DNA of 64,000 nt, taken from the NCBI GenBank assembly GCA_965207885.1, contig OZ242311.1, forward strand, positions 3,136,001 through 3,200,000. Reading direction: 5' to 3'. The position numbers were made by a program, and so were the translations under genes. The notes under the pieces are model-generated. The model had not been told where the DNA came from. It did no database searches and was given only the letters and a program-made list of their open reading frames with translations. This DNA comes from Candidatus Latescibacterota bacterium. Lineage in GTDB: Bacteria > Latescibacterota > UBA2968. Positions 26,956 to 35,640 of this stretch are shown here, in pieces; position 1 is the stretch's first letter, and each line of letters starts with the position of its first letter.

Positions 26956-29241
26956 ATGGCAATCGCCAAACGCCTCCTATTCATCCCCATCATTCTTCTC
27001 GCCATTGCTGCGGGTTATTGGTGGGGTGTTTATTCTTCAAAAAATCCCTCCGCCCCCACCCCCACGCAAAATCGCCTCAGCCGAGAACTCAGTCCCTATT
27101 TGCGCCTTCACGCCCACAATCCCGTTGACTGGTATCCCTGGGGTGAAGAAGCGCTCGCAAAAGCGCGCCAGGAGGACAAACCGATCTTTCTATCCGTGGG
27201 ATATTCGAGTTGCTATTGGTGCCATGTGATGGAACGGCTGGTCTTTTCTGATCCGGATATTGCCCACTTGATGAATCAGTTTTTTGTCAACATCAAGGTT
27301 GACCGCGAAGAACGTCCCGACATCGACGACATTTACATGACGGCTACCCAGCTCATGACCGGGCACGGCGGATGGCCCAACTCTGTTTTTCTCACGCCAG
27401 ACCTCAAACCCTTTTTTGCCGGTACGTACTTTCCCCCCGAAGATTCACATGGACGACCCGGCTTTCCGCGCGTGATTCAAGCACTGCATGTTGCCTGGCA
27501 GGAAAAGAGAGAGGAACTCGAAAAGCAGGCCGATCAGATATCGCAATCCATCGCGCGCATTCACGCAACACGCGCCGTTTCAGAGAAAGTGGAAGGAGAC
27601 CTGATTGGCAAGGCAATTGACCATATAGAAAATCGCTTTGATCCCGTCAACGGCGGTTTGGGCACAGCCCCAAAATTTCCACCCGATCACGCGCTCAACC
27701 TGTTGTTGACGGCCTATCGACAAGATTCCCAGGCAAAATATCTCGCTATGGTCGAGCAAACACTGCATCACATGGCCTTGGGCGGCATCCGCGATCACCT
27801 CGGAGGTGGTTTTCATCGCTATGCGACAGATGCACAATGGCGCGTGCCGCACTTTGAAAAAATGCTCTACAACCAGACCCTCCTTACCCACAACTTTCTC
27901 CGTGCTTACCAGATTACCAATAAAACGGCATATCGCATTTCGGCAGAGGAAATTCTGGACTTTGTCTCACGCGAAATGACAGACTCTAAAGGTGGATTTT
28001 ACTCCGCTATTGACGCAGAAACCGAAGCAGAAGAAGGCGCGTATTATACCTGGACAGAGCAAGAGATTCGTCAAACTCTCAAGAAAGATGCCGACTTCTT
28101 TCTCTCGTGTTATGCGCTTGCGCCCATGCCCGAAGGATCGGCTGGCGTCATCTATAAAACCGATACAGACAGTGCGCTATCAATCCGCCATCAAATTGAT
28201 GTCACAACCCTGCACGCCCGCCTATCTCCACTAAAAGAAAAGCTCCTGAATGCTCGCAGCCAACGCACCCGCCCACTCCTCGACGACAAAATTATCACAG
28301 CGTGGAATGGCCTCATGATCGGCGCATATGCCCGCGCCTATGAAATCCTCGGTCATCCCGAATACTTGAAGGTCGCACAAAAAGCCGCCGATTTTATCCA
28401 CAACAATCTCCGCAATGCAAACGGCGACCTGTATCGCATCTATCGCGAAGGACAGCACAAAGGCGATGCCTATCAGGAAGATTACGCCTTTTTAATCGAC
28501 GGCCTCCTTCACCTCTATCGCGCAACGCATTCTGCCGGCTACCTCCAGGACGCTCTATCGCTTTCAGAACGAATGCACACCGCATTTTGGGATACCCTTA
28601 GTGGCGGCTTTTTTTTTACGCAGAGTCAAAATGAGATGATTGTGCGTACCAAGAGCTTTTACGACAGTGCCCTGCCTTCTGGTAATGCCGTTGCCCTGCA
28701 CGTTTTGTGGGAACTTCGGACATTGACACAGAACCCCTTGTATGCCCAACGCGCGCTCGCACTCACCAACAGCTTTGCTCCCCTCGCAGAGAATACGCCG
28801 GGCGCGCTCCTGCACTTTATTCACGGCACAATGATGGCATCCCCTCCCATCCTTGCCCCCGATAGTCTCGTCACTGCGTCCGCGACAGCCTTGCCCCCTG
28901 ATAGCGCGAATACCCTCAAAGTGAGCGTGCGCCTGAATATCGCTTCGGGCTGGCATATTCAAGCATCCAACCCCACCGACGATTATTTGATTCCCACGCG
29001 CCTCTCACTGGATACGGATATTGCCGAAATCACCCAAATCGACTATCCACAAGCCGAGGATTTACAATTCCCCTTTGCCGAGCGCGCCATTGCCGTTTAT
29101 ACAGACAGCGTCAATGTGCCCCTCACCCTATCATTCAAAACTCGACCGCAAAACCTCTCGCTATTACTCACCTATCAAGCATGCGACAGCACGCGATGCC
29201 TGTCACCACAAACACAGCGTATAGCACTAAATATAAAATAA
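26956..29241 (+). CDS. YyaL/SSP411-like thioredoxin-domain protein (DUF255) with N-terminal TM and C-terminal DsbD-N-like domain
   Basis: [65 protein letters not shown]; C-terminal GWHI...[10 protein letters not shown]. Confidence 0.9.
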   Translation: MAIAKRLLFIPIILLAIAAGYWWGVYSSKNPSAPTPTQNRLSRELSPYLRLHAHNPVDWYPWGEEALAKARQEDKPIFLSVGYSSCYWCHVMERLVFSDPDIAHLMNQFFVNIKVDREERPDIDDIYMTATQLMTGHGGWPNSVFLTPDLKPFFAGTYFPPEDSHGRPGFPRVIQALHVAWQEKREELEKQADQISQSIARIHATRAVSEKVEGDLIGKAIDHIENRFDPVNGGLGTAPKFPPDHALNLLLTAYRQDSQAKYLAMVEQTLHHMALGGIRDHLGGGFHRYATDAQWRVPHFEKMLYNQTLLTHNFLRAYQITNKTAYRISAEEILDFVSREMTDSKGGFYSAIDAETEAEEGAYYTWTEQEIRQTLKKDADFFLSCYALAPMPEGSAGVIYKTDTDSALSIRHQIDVTTLHARLSPLKEKLLNARSQRTRPLLDDKIITAWNGLMIGAYARAYEILGHPEYLKVAQKAADFIHNNLRNANGDLYRIYREGQHKGDAYQEDYAFLIDGLLHLYRATHSAGYLQDALSLSERMHTAFWDTLSGGFFFTQSQNEMIVRTKSFYDSALPSGNAVALHVLWELRTLTQNPLYAQRALALTNSFAPLAENTPGALLHFIHGTMMASPPILAPDSLVTASATALPPDSANTLKVSVRLNIASGWHIQASNPTDDYLIPTRLSLDTDIAEITQIDYPQAEDLQFPFAERAIAVYTDSVNVPLTLSFKTRPQNLSLLLTYQACDSTRCLSPQTQRIALNIK

Positions 29242-29262
29242 AAAGGCACCTATCTCGGTGCC
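29241..29262 (-). terminator. Intrinsic terminator downstream of the arsS operon
   Basis: GGCACC-6 nt-GGTGCC stem followed by a T tract on the minus strand. Confidence 0.55.
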
Positions 29263-29341
29263 ATCTTGCAGCGATTGAGTTTTAGTGGTCCTTCACACTT
29301 CATCGTGAACTGGTCTGAATTGCGACCAGTTGTACACCTTC

Positions 29342-30346
29342 CTAAACAAGCTCTCCCCCACAACTGCTTCCCGCACCCGCAGTGCATCCAAAGCAGTGGT
29401 CTCGCACCCGCACATTGCATCCGATCAGATCTTCAACGGTTAGTTCCCAGAGTTTAACTTCGCGCCCAAAAGAATGCATATTGAGCATTTGATTAAAATC
29501 ACAATCGTAAACCTCGCCCTGCCATCCAATGCTAATTAGAGAGCGGCACATCAAATTATCGATCGTATGCGGATTAAAATTATCCTGTAAAGTCTGCATA
29601 TAGCTGCTGTAAATGCCCCGGCGTTTGAGAAATTCTTCAAACCGGCTAATGGGCATATTGGTAATGGTGTAAAGCTTATTAAAATCAATGTTGTAGCGGG
29701 CTTTTAGCTCTTCTTTGTAATCGGCTTCGAGTTCGACTTGCGGAGGGGGTAAAGACGCGCCGACAGGATTATAGACCAGATCGAGTTCCAAGCCCGTGCC
29801 AGGACGCCCATATCCAATTTTGTTGAGAATCTGCAATGCCCGTATGCTTTTGGTAAAAACACCGCGCCCGCGTTGTTCATCCACATTTTCTTCGAGATAA
29901 CACGGCAGCGAACACACCAATGCAACTTCGTGCTCGCGATAAAATTCAGGTAAGTCTTCTTGTCCGGGTTCAAAAATCACGGTTAAATTGCAGCGCACCA
30001 TCACGCGACGACCTTGCTCGCGTATTTGTTCGACAAAATAGCGAAAATCTGGAATCAATTCAGGTGCGCCACCCGTTATGTCAACCGTCTGAATATCGGA
30101 TGTATCGAGAAATGACAAGATGCGGTTAATGGTCTCTCGGGTCATGATCTCTGTGCGGATCGGGCTGGCATCCACATGACAGTGATGACACGCTTGATTG
30201 CACAATTTGCCGACATTGACCTGCAAAATATCCAATCGATTGCGCGTGAGTTCCAATTGTTCATCGCGAAGCTTGCTCGCAAAATCAGACTTGTAATCGT
30301 CGCCCACAATTTGCATCAAATCCATTGCTGCCAGTGCCATATTCAA
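29342..30346 (-). CDS. arsS: Radical SAM protein of the ArsS (arsenosugar biosynthesis)/DUF3641 family
   Basis: LQVNVGKLCNQACHHCHVDA (CxxxCxxC), DITGGAPE, SLPCY, LMCRSLIS, YDCDFNQML, HCFGCTAGAGSSCGG. Confidence 0.9.
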   Translation of the reverse strand: MNMALAAMDLMQIVGDDYKSDFASKLRDEQLELTRNRLDILQVNVGKLCNQACHHCHVDASPIRTEIMTRETINRILSFLDTSDIQTVDITGGAPELIPDFRYFVEQIREQGRRVMVRCNLTVIFEPGQEDLPEFYREHEVALVCSLPCYLEENVDEQRGRGVFTKSIRALQILNKIGYGRPGTGLELDLVYNPVGASLPPPQVELEADYKEELKARYNIDFNKLYTITNMPISRFEEFLKRRGIYSSYMQTLQDNFNPHTIDNLMCRSLISIGWQGEVYDCDFNQMLNMHSFGREVKLWELTVEDLIGCNVRVRDHCFGCTAGAGSSCGGELV

Positions 30347-32031
30347 TCCTCTCTAACCGCTTGCTTCACCCGATGTATGCCAGCAATTATATCTTTTTTA
30401 AAATGAATGCGAATCGCCCGTCTTTTTCGACTCGAAAGCGCACGGGCATCGCCGAGAGCCTGTGCTTGTTTGAGTACGCCAAAAGAGAACGTTCGTCCTG
30501 GAATATCCACATCTGCCGCATCATCGCTTGTCAGTTGCACAACCACCACCTGGTTCGGTCCGCCCTTGTGCAATTGCCCTGTAGAATGCAAGAACCGCGG
30601 ACCAAATCCCAATGTGGTAGCTACTCGATATACATTGCGTATCCGATGCCTCAGAGCCTGTAAAGCGGTGATATTATCTTCATTCATGTCGAGATAAGCG
30701 CACAAAACGACATAATCACTCGCCCGAATCTGATTGAGCAGTCCAGCAATACAACTATTGAGTGTTCCCAACGCCTGTGTATTGGCTTCATCGGCGTAAA
30801 CCAGGACATCCTCATCAATAAAAAACGGCGTTTGAACCGGTAATGTTCCCTCTTTTTCATAAGCCTGCGTCAATTCCGCCGTAAAATCTTTGCTTTCCTG
30901 CACATTGGGTTGGTCAAAGGGATTGATATTCAAAACCGCGCCAGCGACCGCAGTTGCGTATTCCCACTTGAAAAACTCTGCCCCCAGGTCTAACAGTTCT
31001 GCCACATCGATCTGAATAACTGGAAAATGAGCCTCTCGCAGATTTACTATATCCACATCCTGTCCAGCGTCCGTATCGTCCTTCAGTCGGATATAGACGA
31101 ACACCCGATCCTCACCGTACATATCGGGCGTAGCAACCGCCTCTAAATCAACAGGTATGAGACCCCGACCATTTTTCCCCGTGCTTTCGGCTAAAAGTTG
31201 CTCCAACCACGCCCCCAAATCCCACAATTTGGGAGAAGTTACAAGCGTCACTTTATCTCGCCCGGCTTTTGCCAACTCACCCAGCACAAGGCCCAACAAA
31301 AGACCGGGATTCTGCTCATCTGATATTTTGCACCGCTTCCCCATCGCCACTGCGCGTTCTAAAAATTCTCGCACATCAATGCCAATCAATGCTGCGGGCA
31401 CCATCCCAAAATTTGAAAGCGCTGAAAACCTGCCGCCAATCTCTGGCAAACCATAAAAAATAGATAGAAAGCCCCGTTCTCTGGCAAGCGTTTCCAGGTC
31501 AGAGCCAGGATCTGTAATGGCAATAAAGTGCTGCCCCGCCGCATCGCCAACCGTTTCCTGCATTTTTGCCCAGAAGAACTCGCAAAATACGTGGGGTTCG
31601 GTTGTCGTTCCAGATTTGCTGGCGACAACGCAAAGAGTCGTCTCTAAATTTACGGCATTGGCAAACCGCTGCACCTGCGCGGGAACTGTAGAGTCCAGTA
31701 CATGCAACCTGGGCCAACCCTCCGGGCGGCCAAAAGTCATCGCCAGCACTTCGGGGCACAGGCTGCTACCGCCCATTCCCAAAAGCAGAATATCCGTTGT
31801 CCCCCTATCGCGCACCTGCTGTGCAAAAACGCATAGGGCATCTACCTGATCGCGTATTTGAGGCGCAATATTGAGCCATCCCAGCCAGTTGGCCTCATCT
31901 GCCCCCGACCAGAGTGTGGCATCGCCGTGCCACAGCCGTGCTGTATTGCCATTTTCCGACCATGTTTTCAAAGCGCGATCAACTGCGGACTGGAACTCGC
32001 CCAAAGACACTTGCATATCTGAGATACTCAT
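30343..32031 (-). CDS. pgi: Glucose-6-phosphate isomerase (type found as the PGI half of Tal/Pgi fusions)
   Basis: WLGWL, LLGMGGSSL, SKSGTTTE, ITDPGS, IGGRFSALS, EQLLAESTGK, NPFDQPNVQESK, GPRFLHSTGQLHKGG. Confidence 0.88.
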   Translation of the reverse strand: MSISDMQVSLGEFQSAVDRALKTWSENGNTARLWHGDATLWSGADEANWLGWLNIAPQIRDQVDALCVFAQQVRDRGTTDILLLGMGGSSLCPEVLAMTFGRPEGWPRLHVLDSTVPAQVQRFANAVNLETTLCVVASKSGTTTEPHVFCEFFWAKMQETVGDAAGQHFIAITDPGSDLETLARERGFLSIFYGLPEIGGRFSALSNFGMVPAALIGIDVREFLERAVAMGKRCKISDEQNPGLLLGLVLGELAKAGRDKVTLVTSPKLWDLGAWLEQLLAESTGKNGRGLIPVDLEAVATPDMYGEDRVFVYIRLKDDTDAGQDVDIVNLREAHFPVIQIDVAELLDLGAEFFKWEYATAVAGAVLNINPFDQPNVQESKDFTAELTQAYEKEGTLPVQTPFFIDEDVLVYADEANTQALGTLNSCIAGLLNQIRASDYVVLCAYLDMNEDNITALQALRHRIRNVYRVATTLGFGPRFLHSTGQLHKGGPNQVVVVQLTSDDAADVDIPGRTFSFGVLKQAQALGDARALSSRKRRAIRIHFKKDIIAGIHRVKQAVRED

Positions 32032-32813
32032 TTTTCCTGGCTATTCAAAGACCAATCGTAATCTAAAAACACAATTTGAAGATCGGGGTGATTTTGTAAA
32101 TACAGGGTATCGTCTTTCGATAAAAACAAAGAGATATAATCCAACACAGTCTCACCTGCCTCACGCGCTTGCACATAGGACGTAAAATCAGAGGAAAACC
32201 AATCAAAAATCGCAGATAGACTCACAACCCGCGTCTCTCGATTGATCTGAACGTGCATTGGGCTGCGAATCATATCTCGCATAACCGAATTGAGCTGATC
32301 ATCCAATTTATCGGGTATAAATGCTTCGTTTAGCAAACGCGGGCAACCCAATGCCGCACAATTGATTGCTGCGTGAATGCGCGGATCGGCAAACTGCGGG
32401 CGAATAATCTCGTGCTCGATTTGGTCCAATGTGAACCGACGCCCGCCAACGACAAATTGATATTTCTTAAAAAAGCCAAAAGCAGGCGCGATTTCTGTGA
32501 CAGAAGAAATGGGATAGGCTTTTGCGACTCCCGCAAGTACACAGGCGTTGTACGCATTGATCCAAAAAGCAAGACTGTCTGCGCGGCTGGGAAAAAGCGC
32601 GGGATGCTTATTCGGACTAATCTGCGCGATTTGATCCACAAAAGCCTGCAAGTCCGCGTCTGTTTTTACAGCCTCGTAATCCACGCGCCCCTGTGCATTT
32701 ACAACGCGACCGAGCGTGCGGTTGAGCGGCGCATAATTAAATGTCTCGGATCCACTTTGAGACGCGAATCCAGCGAACAGGAGGCCGATTATCCAGGCAA
32801 TGACTTTATTCAT
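32028..32813 (-). CDS. Exported DUF547 domain protein
   Basis: Signal peptide; LAFWINAYNA, LDQIEH, DPRIHAAINCAALGCP, IFDWFSSDF, YDWSLN. Confidence 0.9.
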   Translation of the reverse strand: MNKVIAWIIGLLFAGFASQSGSETFNYAPLNRTLGRVVNAQGRVDYEAVKTDADLQAFVDQIAQISPNKHPALFPSRADSLAFWINAYNACVLAGVAKAYPISSVTEIAPAFGFFKKYQFVVGGRRFTLDQIEHEIIRPQFADPRIHAAINCAALGCPRLLNEAFIPDKLDDQLNSVMRDMIRSPMHVQINRETRVVSLSAIFDWFSSDFTSYVQAREAGETVLDYISLFLSKDDTLYLQNHPDLQIVFLDYDWSLNSQEK

Positions 32814-34162
32814 TGATCAAAAAACGTCAGATACGGCGCGTTATCCATCTCCCGCTGGAGCAAAACCGCCAATTCCATCGCGTGATAATCTCCCCACATC
32901 GAAGACTCTCCGCATGCGACTTTTTGCCCACCGGGCACATAGTCCCACCCATTGGGATTGTGATAAATAGAATGGAGAATAAGACCCTGGTGTTCTTCGT
33001 CTTCGGACAAATAGGGTGCATCAAATAGCGTATGGGCCACGGTTAGTGCCGCCTGCCGATAACGCGCATCGTCCATATATTTGCCCAAACGGTAAAGCCC
33101 CTGCGCTGCAATGGCAGCAGCAGAACTATCCACAGGTTCGCTTGTATTGTAGGGATCCGATATTTTATCGCCATAACCCTCAATCAAGTCCGGCGCGCCC
33201 GCATCCCATAACGGAATACCATCGGTAGATGTGATACTGTCGATATAATAATCTGCTGTTGCACAGGCGGCTTTGAGCATCCAGCCATTGACCGCATCCC
33301 TACCACCATAAAGATCGAGCGCGTCATCTGACAGGTGCTCCACATATTCAAGCAATTCGGCATAGCCAGTCACAATCCAGGCCAATCCCCGGGTCCACGT
33401 CGAAAACGGTGAATAACCCTGCTGTGTACTCGGGCAGCGGTAATTGCCGTCGTTGACATTAAAAATGGACTCGTGTACAACCCGTCCCCGCACATCGTAT
33501 CGATCGCGCCCTTCGCCGTAATACACATTGAACTGCGCGGTCGTCTCGGCGTGGTGGATCAAGCGCTCGAGCAGCGAAATTGCGAGGTCATTCTCCCCCA
33601 TCAAAACGTGATCGAGATCGTGTGCCACAGCCAATGCGCGACACGACCTGATCGTGTCTGAAAACAGGGAGTGTGGTCCATTAAATGAATGAATATACCC
33701 TTTCCCATCGCCAATGGTCGTCCAGCGAGCAGCCTGAACAGCGCCAGATGCTTTGAGCGCGAGTTCATAAAAGTGCTGCTCCCATTCATTTTTCGGAATT
33801 ATACCTTCTCGCATTAATCGCCGCAAATTGCCATAGGTCGATACATTGTTAAAACCGTGATCGTGTACTCCTATATGCGTCACATGAGACGCCATGCGAT
33901 CGAGCGTGCCCTTGCGCCCAATCTGTAGCAGGTCTTTCTCCCCCGTAATTTCATATCCCAGAATGGCGCATCCAAATTGAAATCCCTGCGTCCATTCGGT
34001 CCATCCGCGCGTGGTGTATTTCCCACCTGCTGTAAATACCGGCGTCCCCTGGCCTGGATCCCACGTCGAATCGATACTGCGAATTTTCTGTGCAGCCAGT
34101 TCAAAAAAACGATTCAGCCTGACTTTTAGATCGCCAGGCTGAATATTGACATTCACCTTCAT
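32810..34162 (-). CDS. Glycoside hydrolase family 88-like (unsaturated glucuronyl hydrolase-type) protein
   Basis: WTQGF, HDHGF, QQGYSPFSTWTRGLAW, DSSAAAIAA, WGDY. Confidence 0.85.
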   Translation of the reverse strand: MKVNVNIQPGDLKVRLNRFFELAAQKIRSIDSTWDPGQGTPVFTAGGKYTTRGWTEWTQGFQFGCAILGYEITGEKDLLQIGRKGTLDRMASHVTHIGVHDHGFNNVSTYGNLRRLMREGIIPKNEWEQHFYELALKASGAVQAARWTTIGDGKGYIHSFNGPHSLFSDTIRSCRALAVAHDLDHVLMGENDLAISLLERLIHHAETTAQFNVYYGEGRDRYDVRGRVVHESIFNVNDGNYRCPSTQQGYSPFSTWTRGLAWIVTGYAELLEYVEHLSDDALDLYGGRDAVNGWMLKAACATADYYIDSITSTDGIPLWDAGAPDLIEGYGDKISDPYNTSEPVDSSAAAIAAQGLYRLGKYMDDARYRQAALTVAHTLFDAPYLSEDEEHQGLILHSIYHNPNGWDYVPGGQKVACGESSMWGDYHAMELAVLLQREMDNAPYLTFFDQ

Positions 34163-34193
34163 CCCACCTCCAAATTGCTTGTTTTGCTGAACT

Positions 34194-34496
34194 TTACCCT
34201 CTATTTACCGCTCCGGCAAAGTCGAGATCTGCGCGGGTAACAGCATTTTCGCTGTGGGTCGTCACCGTCACTGTGAGGGTTTTTGTTCGGCTGTTGAGGC
34301 CGATATCCGAATGGTGATTATTTTCATCCATAATCTCTGTCAGCCTGCGTACAAAAGCCATAGTCGGCACAAATTTCTCAAAATGCCAAACGCGTTGCAA
34401 TTCTTTTGTGTCTTCCAAATATTCCCACCCTTCGAGATCTGCAACCTCTGCGCGAATCTCATCTTCGGTCAGTAGGGTTTTGTCTTCAATAGCCAT
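34194..34496 (-). CDS. Pterin-4-alpha-carbinolamine dehydratase family protein
   Basis: LEGWE..LQRVWHF..F, NHHSDI, TTHSENAVTRADLDFA. Confidence 0.85.
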   Translation of the reverse strand: MAIEDKTLLTEDEIRAEVADLEGWEYLEDTKELQRVWHFEKFVPTMAFVRRLTEIMDENNHHSDIGLNSRTKTLTVTVTTHSENAVTRADLDFAGAVNRG

Positions 34497-34587
34497 TGTG
34501 ATAACTCCTTGGTGATGAGTAAATGGATACGCGGCAATATAAGCGAAAAAAGAATGTCGTCAACAGCGGTCAGATATCCGCCTAACC

Positions 34588-35193
34588 TCACTGCCGCAAA
34601 CCAGCCAATTCAAGAGCACTTTGATAACATTGAGGCGTATTGATATTCATCAGAAATCGAAGATCGGGATCAATCCGTGCGAGTGCGTCTTGTTCAACGG
34701 TCTGAACGCGGCATACATCGACCAATGTCAAAAGCCGTCGTTCCCCTTTTTCGAGTAGCAATTCGGCCTTTCGCCAGAGAGCAGTTCGATAAAGCGCGCA
34801 CAAAGGATAAAACTGCCCATTTATACAGGGAATGACGATCTCTGAATCTGTTGTCCTGTGCGATTTGAGGCATTGGATCAATTCATTACTGATAAATGGC
34901 ATGTCGCAACCTGTTCCCAATGCCCATTCAGAGACGCCTTCAACATGTTTTAATCCTGTCATGAGTCCCATTAATGGACCTTGATTGGCAACGGGATCAC
35001 ATATAGATAAAACATCGGGTATGTCTGGCAAGTTTTGTCCGGGCGCACCCACGACCGCAATTGGATAAACAGATCCTCTCAGATTTCTTACACTTCGCTG
35101 AAGCAGAGTTTCATCGCCAAAAGACAAGCTATACTTGGGGGTGCCCATTCGCCTGCTTTCACCGCCTGTAAGGATGATTCCAGAGTCATTCAT
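34588..35193 (-). CDS. mobA: Molybdenum cofactor guanylyltransferase
   Basis: IILTGGESRRMGTPK, QGPLMGL, CDMPF, PLCALY, NINTP; true start taken as ATG 35193. Confidence 0.9.
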   Translation of the reverse strand: MNDSGIILTGGESRRMGTPKYSLSFGDETLLQRSVRNLRGSVYPIAVVGAPGQNLPDIPDVLSICDPVANQGPLMGLMTGLKHVEGVSEWALGTGCDMPFISNELIQCLKSHRTTDSEIVIPCINGQFYPLCALYRTALWRKAELLLEKGERRLLTLVDVCRVQTVEQDALARIDPDLRFLMNINTPQCYQSALELAGLRQ

Positions 35194-35227
35194 AGCAAAA
35201 AAGGCCGCTTTCACACGCCTTTCTTTT

Positions 35228-35389
35228 TTACTCAATACCGAGACTTTCGGCTTCTTCAGATGTGTAATATCTGATGCCTTTGGCTTCCAATTTCTTACGC
35301 GCCTTTTTGCCCCGCTTGCCACCCTGCCTCACCCGCGTAAGTAGGCGTCTGGTTTCCTCAAGGTCTTTATTTACATAACTGGACTTCAA
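35228..35389 (-). CDS. Small basic hypothetical protein (53 aa)
   Basis: GGAGG RBS 7 nt upstream of TTG at 35389; MKSSYVNKDLEETRRLLTRVRQGGKRGKKARKKLEAKGIRYYTSEEAESLGIE; hairpin plus T tract after the stop. Confidence 0.65.
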   Translation of the reverse strand: MKSSYVNKDLEETRRLLTRVRQGGKRGKKARKKLEAKGIRYYTSEEAESLGIE

Positions 35390-35518
35390 AACGCAACCTC
35401 CTTCAATTAAATCTGGCGGGTCTTTCATCTCACACATGAAAGGGAAAAATATATATAAATAAGCCCTTAATTGCAAATTGACATATGCACACATTTACAT
35501 CTGCCGTTAAAATATGTG

Positions 35519-35552
35519 TTGACGCATGATATATATCAAGTTATTTTATACT
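35519..35552 (+). promoter_or_regulatory. Candidate promoter with palindromic operator upstream of the TonB-dependent receptor
   Basis: TTGACG at 35519, perfect palindrome TGATATATATCA at 35527-35538, then TATTTT/TATACT. Confidence 0.4.
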
Positions 35553-35640
35553 CGGACCGCCTTGAAATGTAAAACCTCGTTTCTCCCTCATGTTCCCGCA
35601 CACCACACTTCTCCTCCATTTTCTCAAAGGAGTTTTTTTT

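Noticed and set aside
29342-29400. Selenocysteine in ArsS
   Set aside because: The C-terminal GSSCGG uses a TGT Cys codon; there is no in-frame TGA.
35194-35322. 43-aa basic N-terminal extension of MobA in the ORF track
   Set aside because: It overlaps the small gene at 35228-35389 and its terminator; MobA homology starts at ATG 35193.
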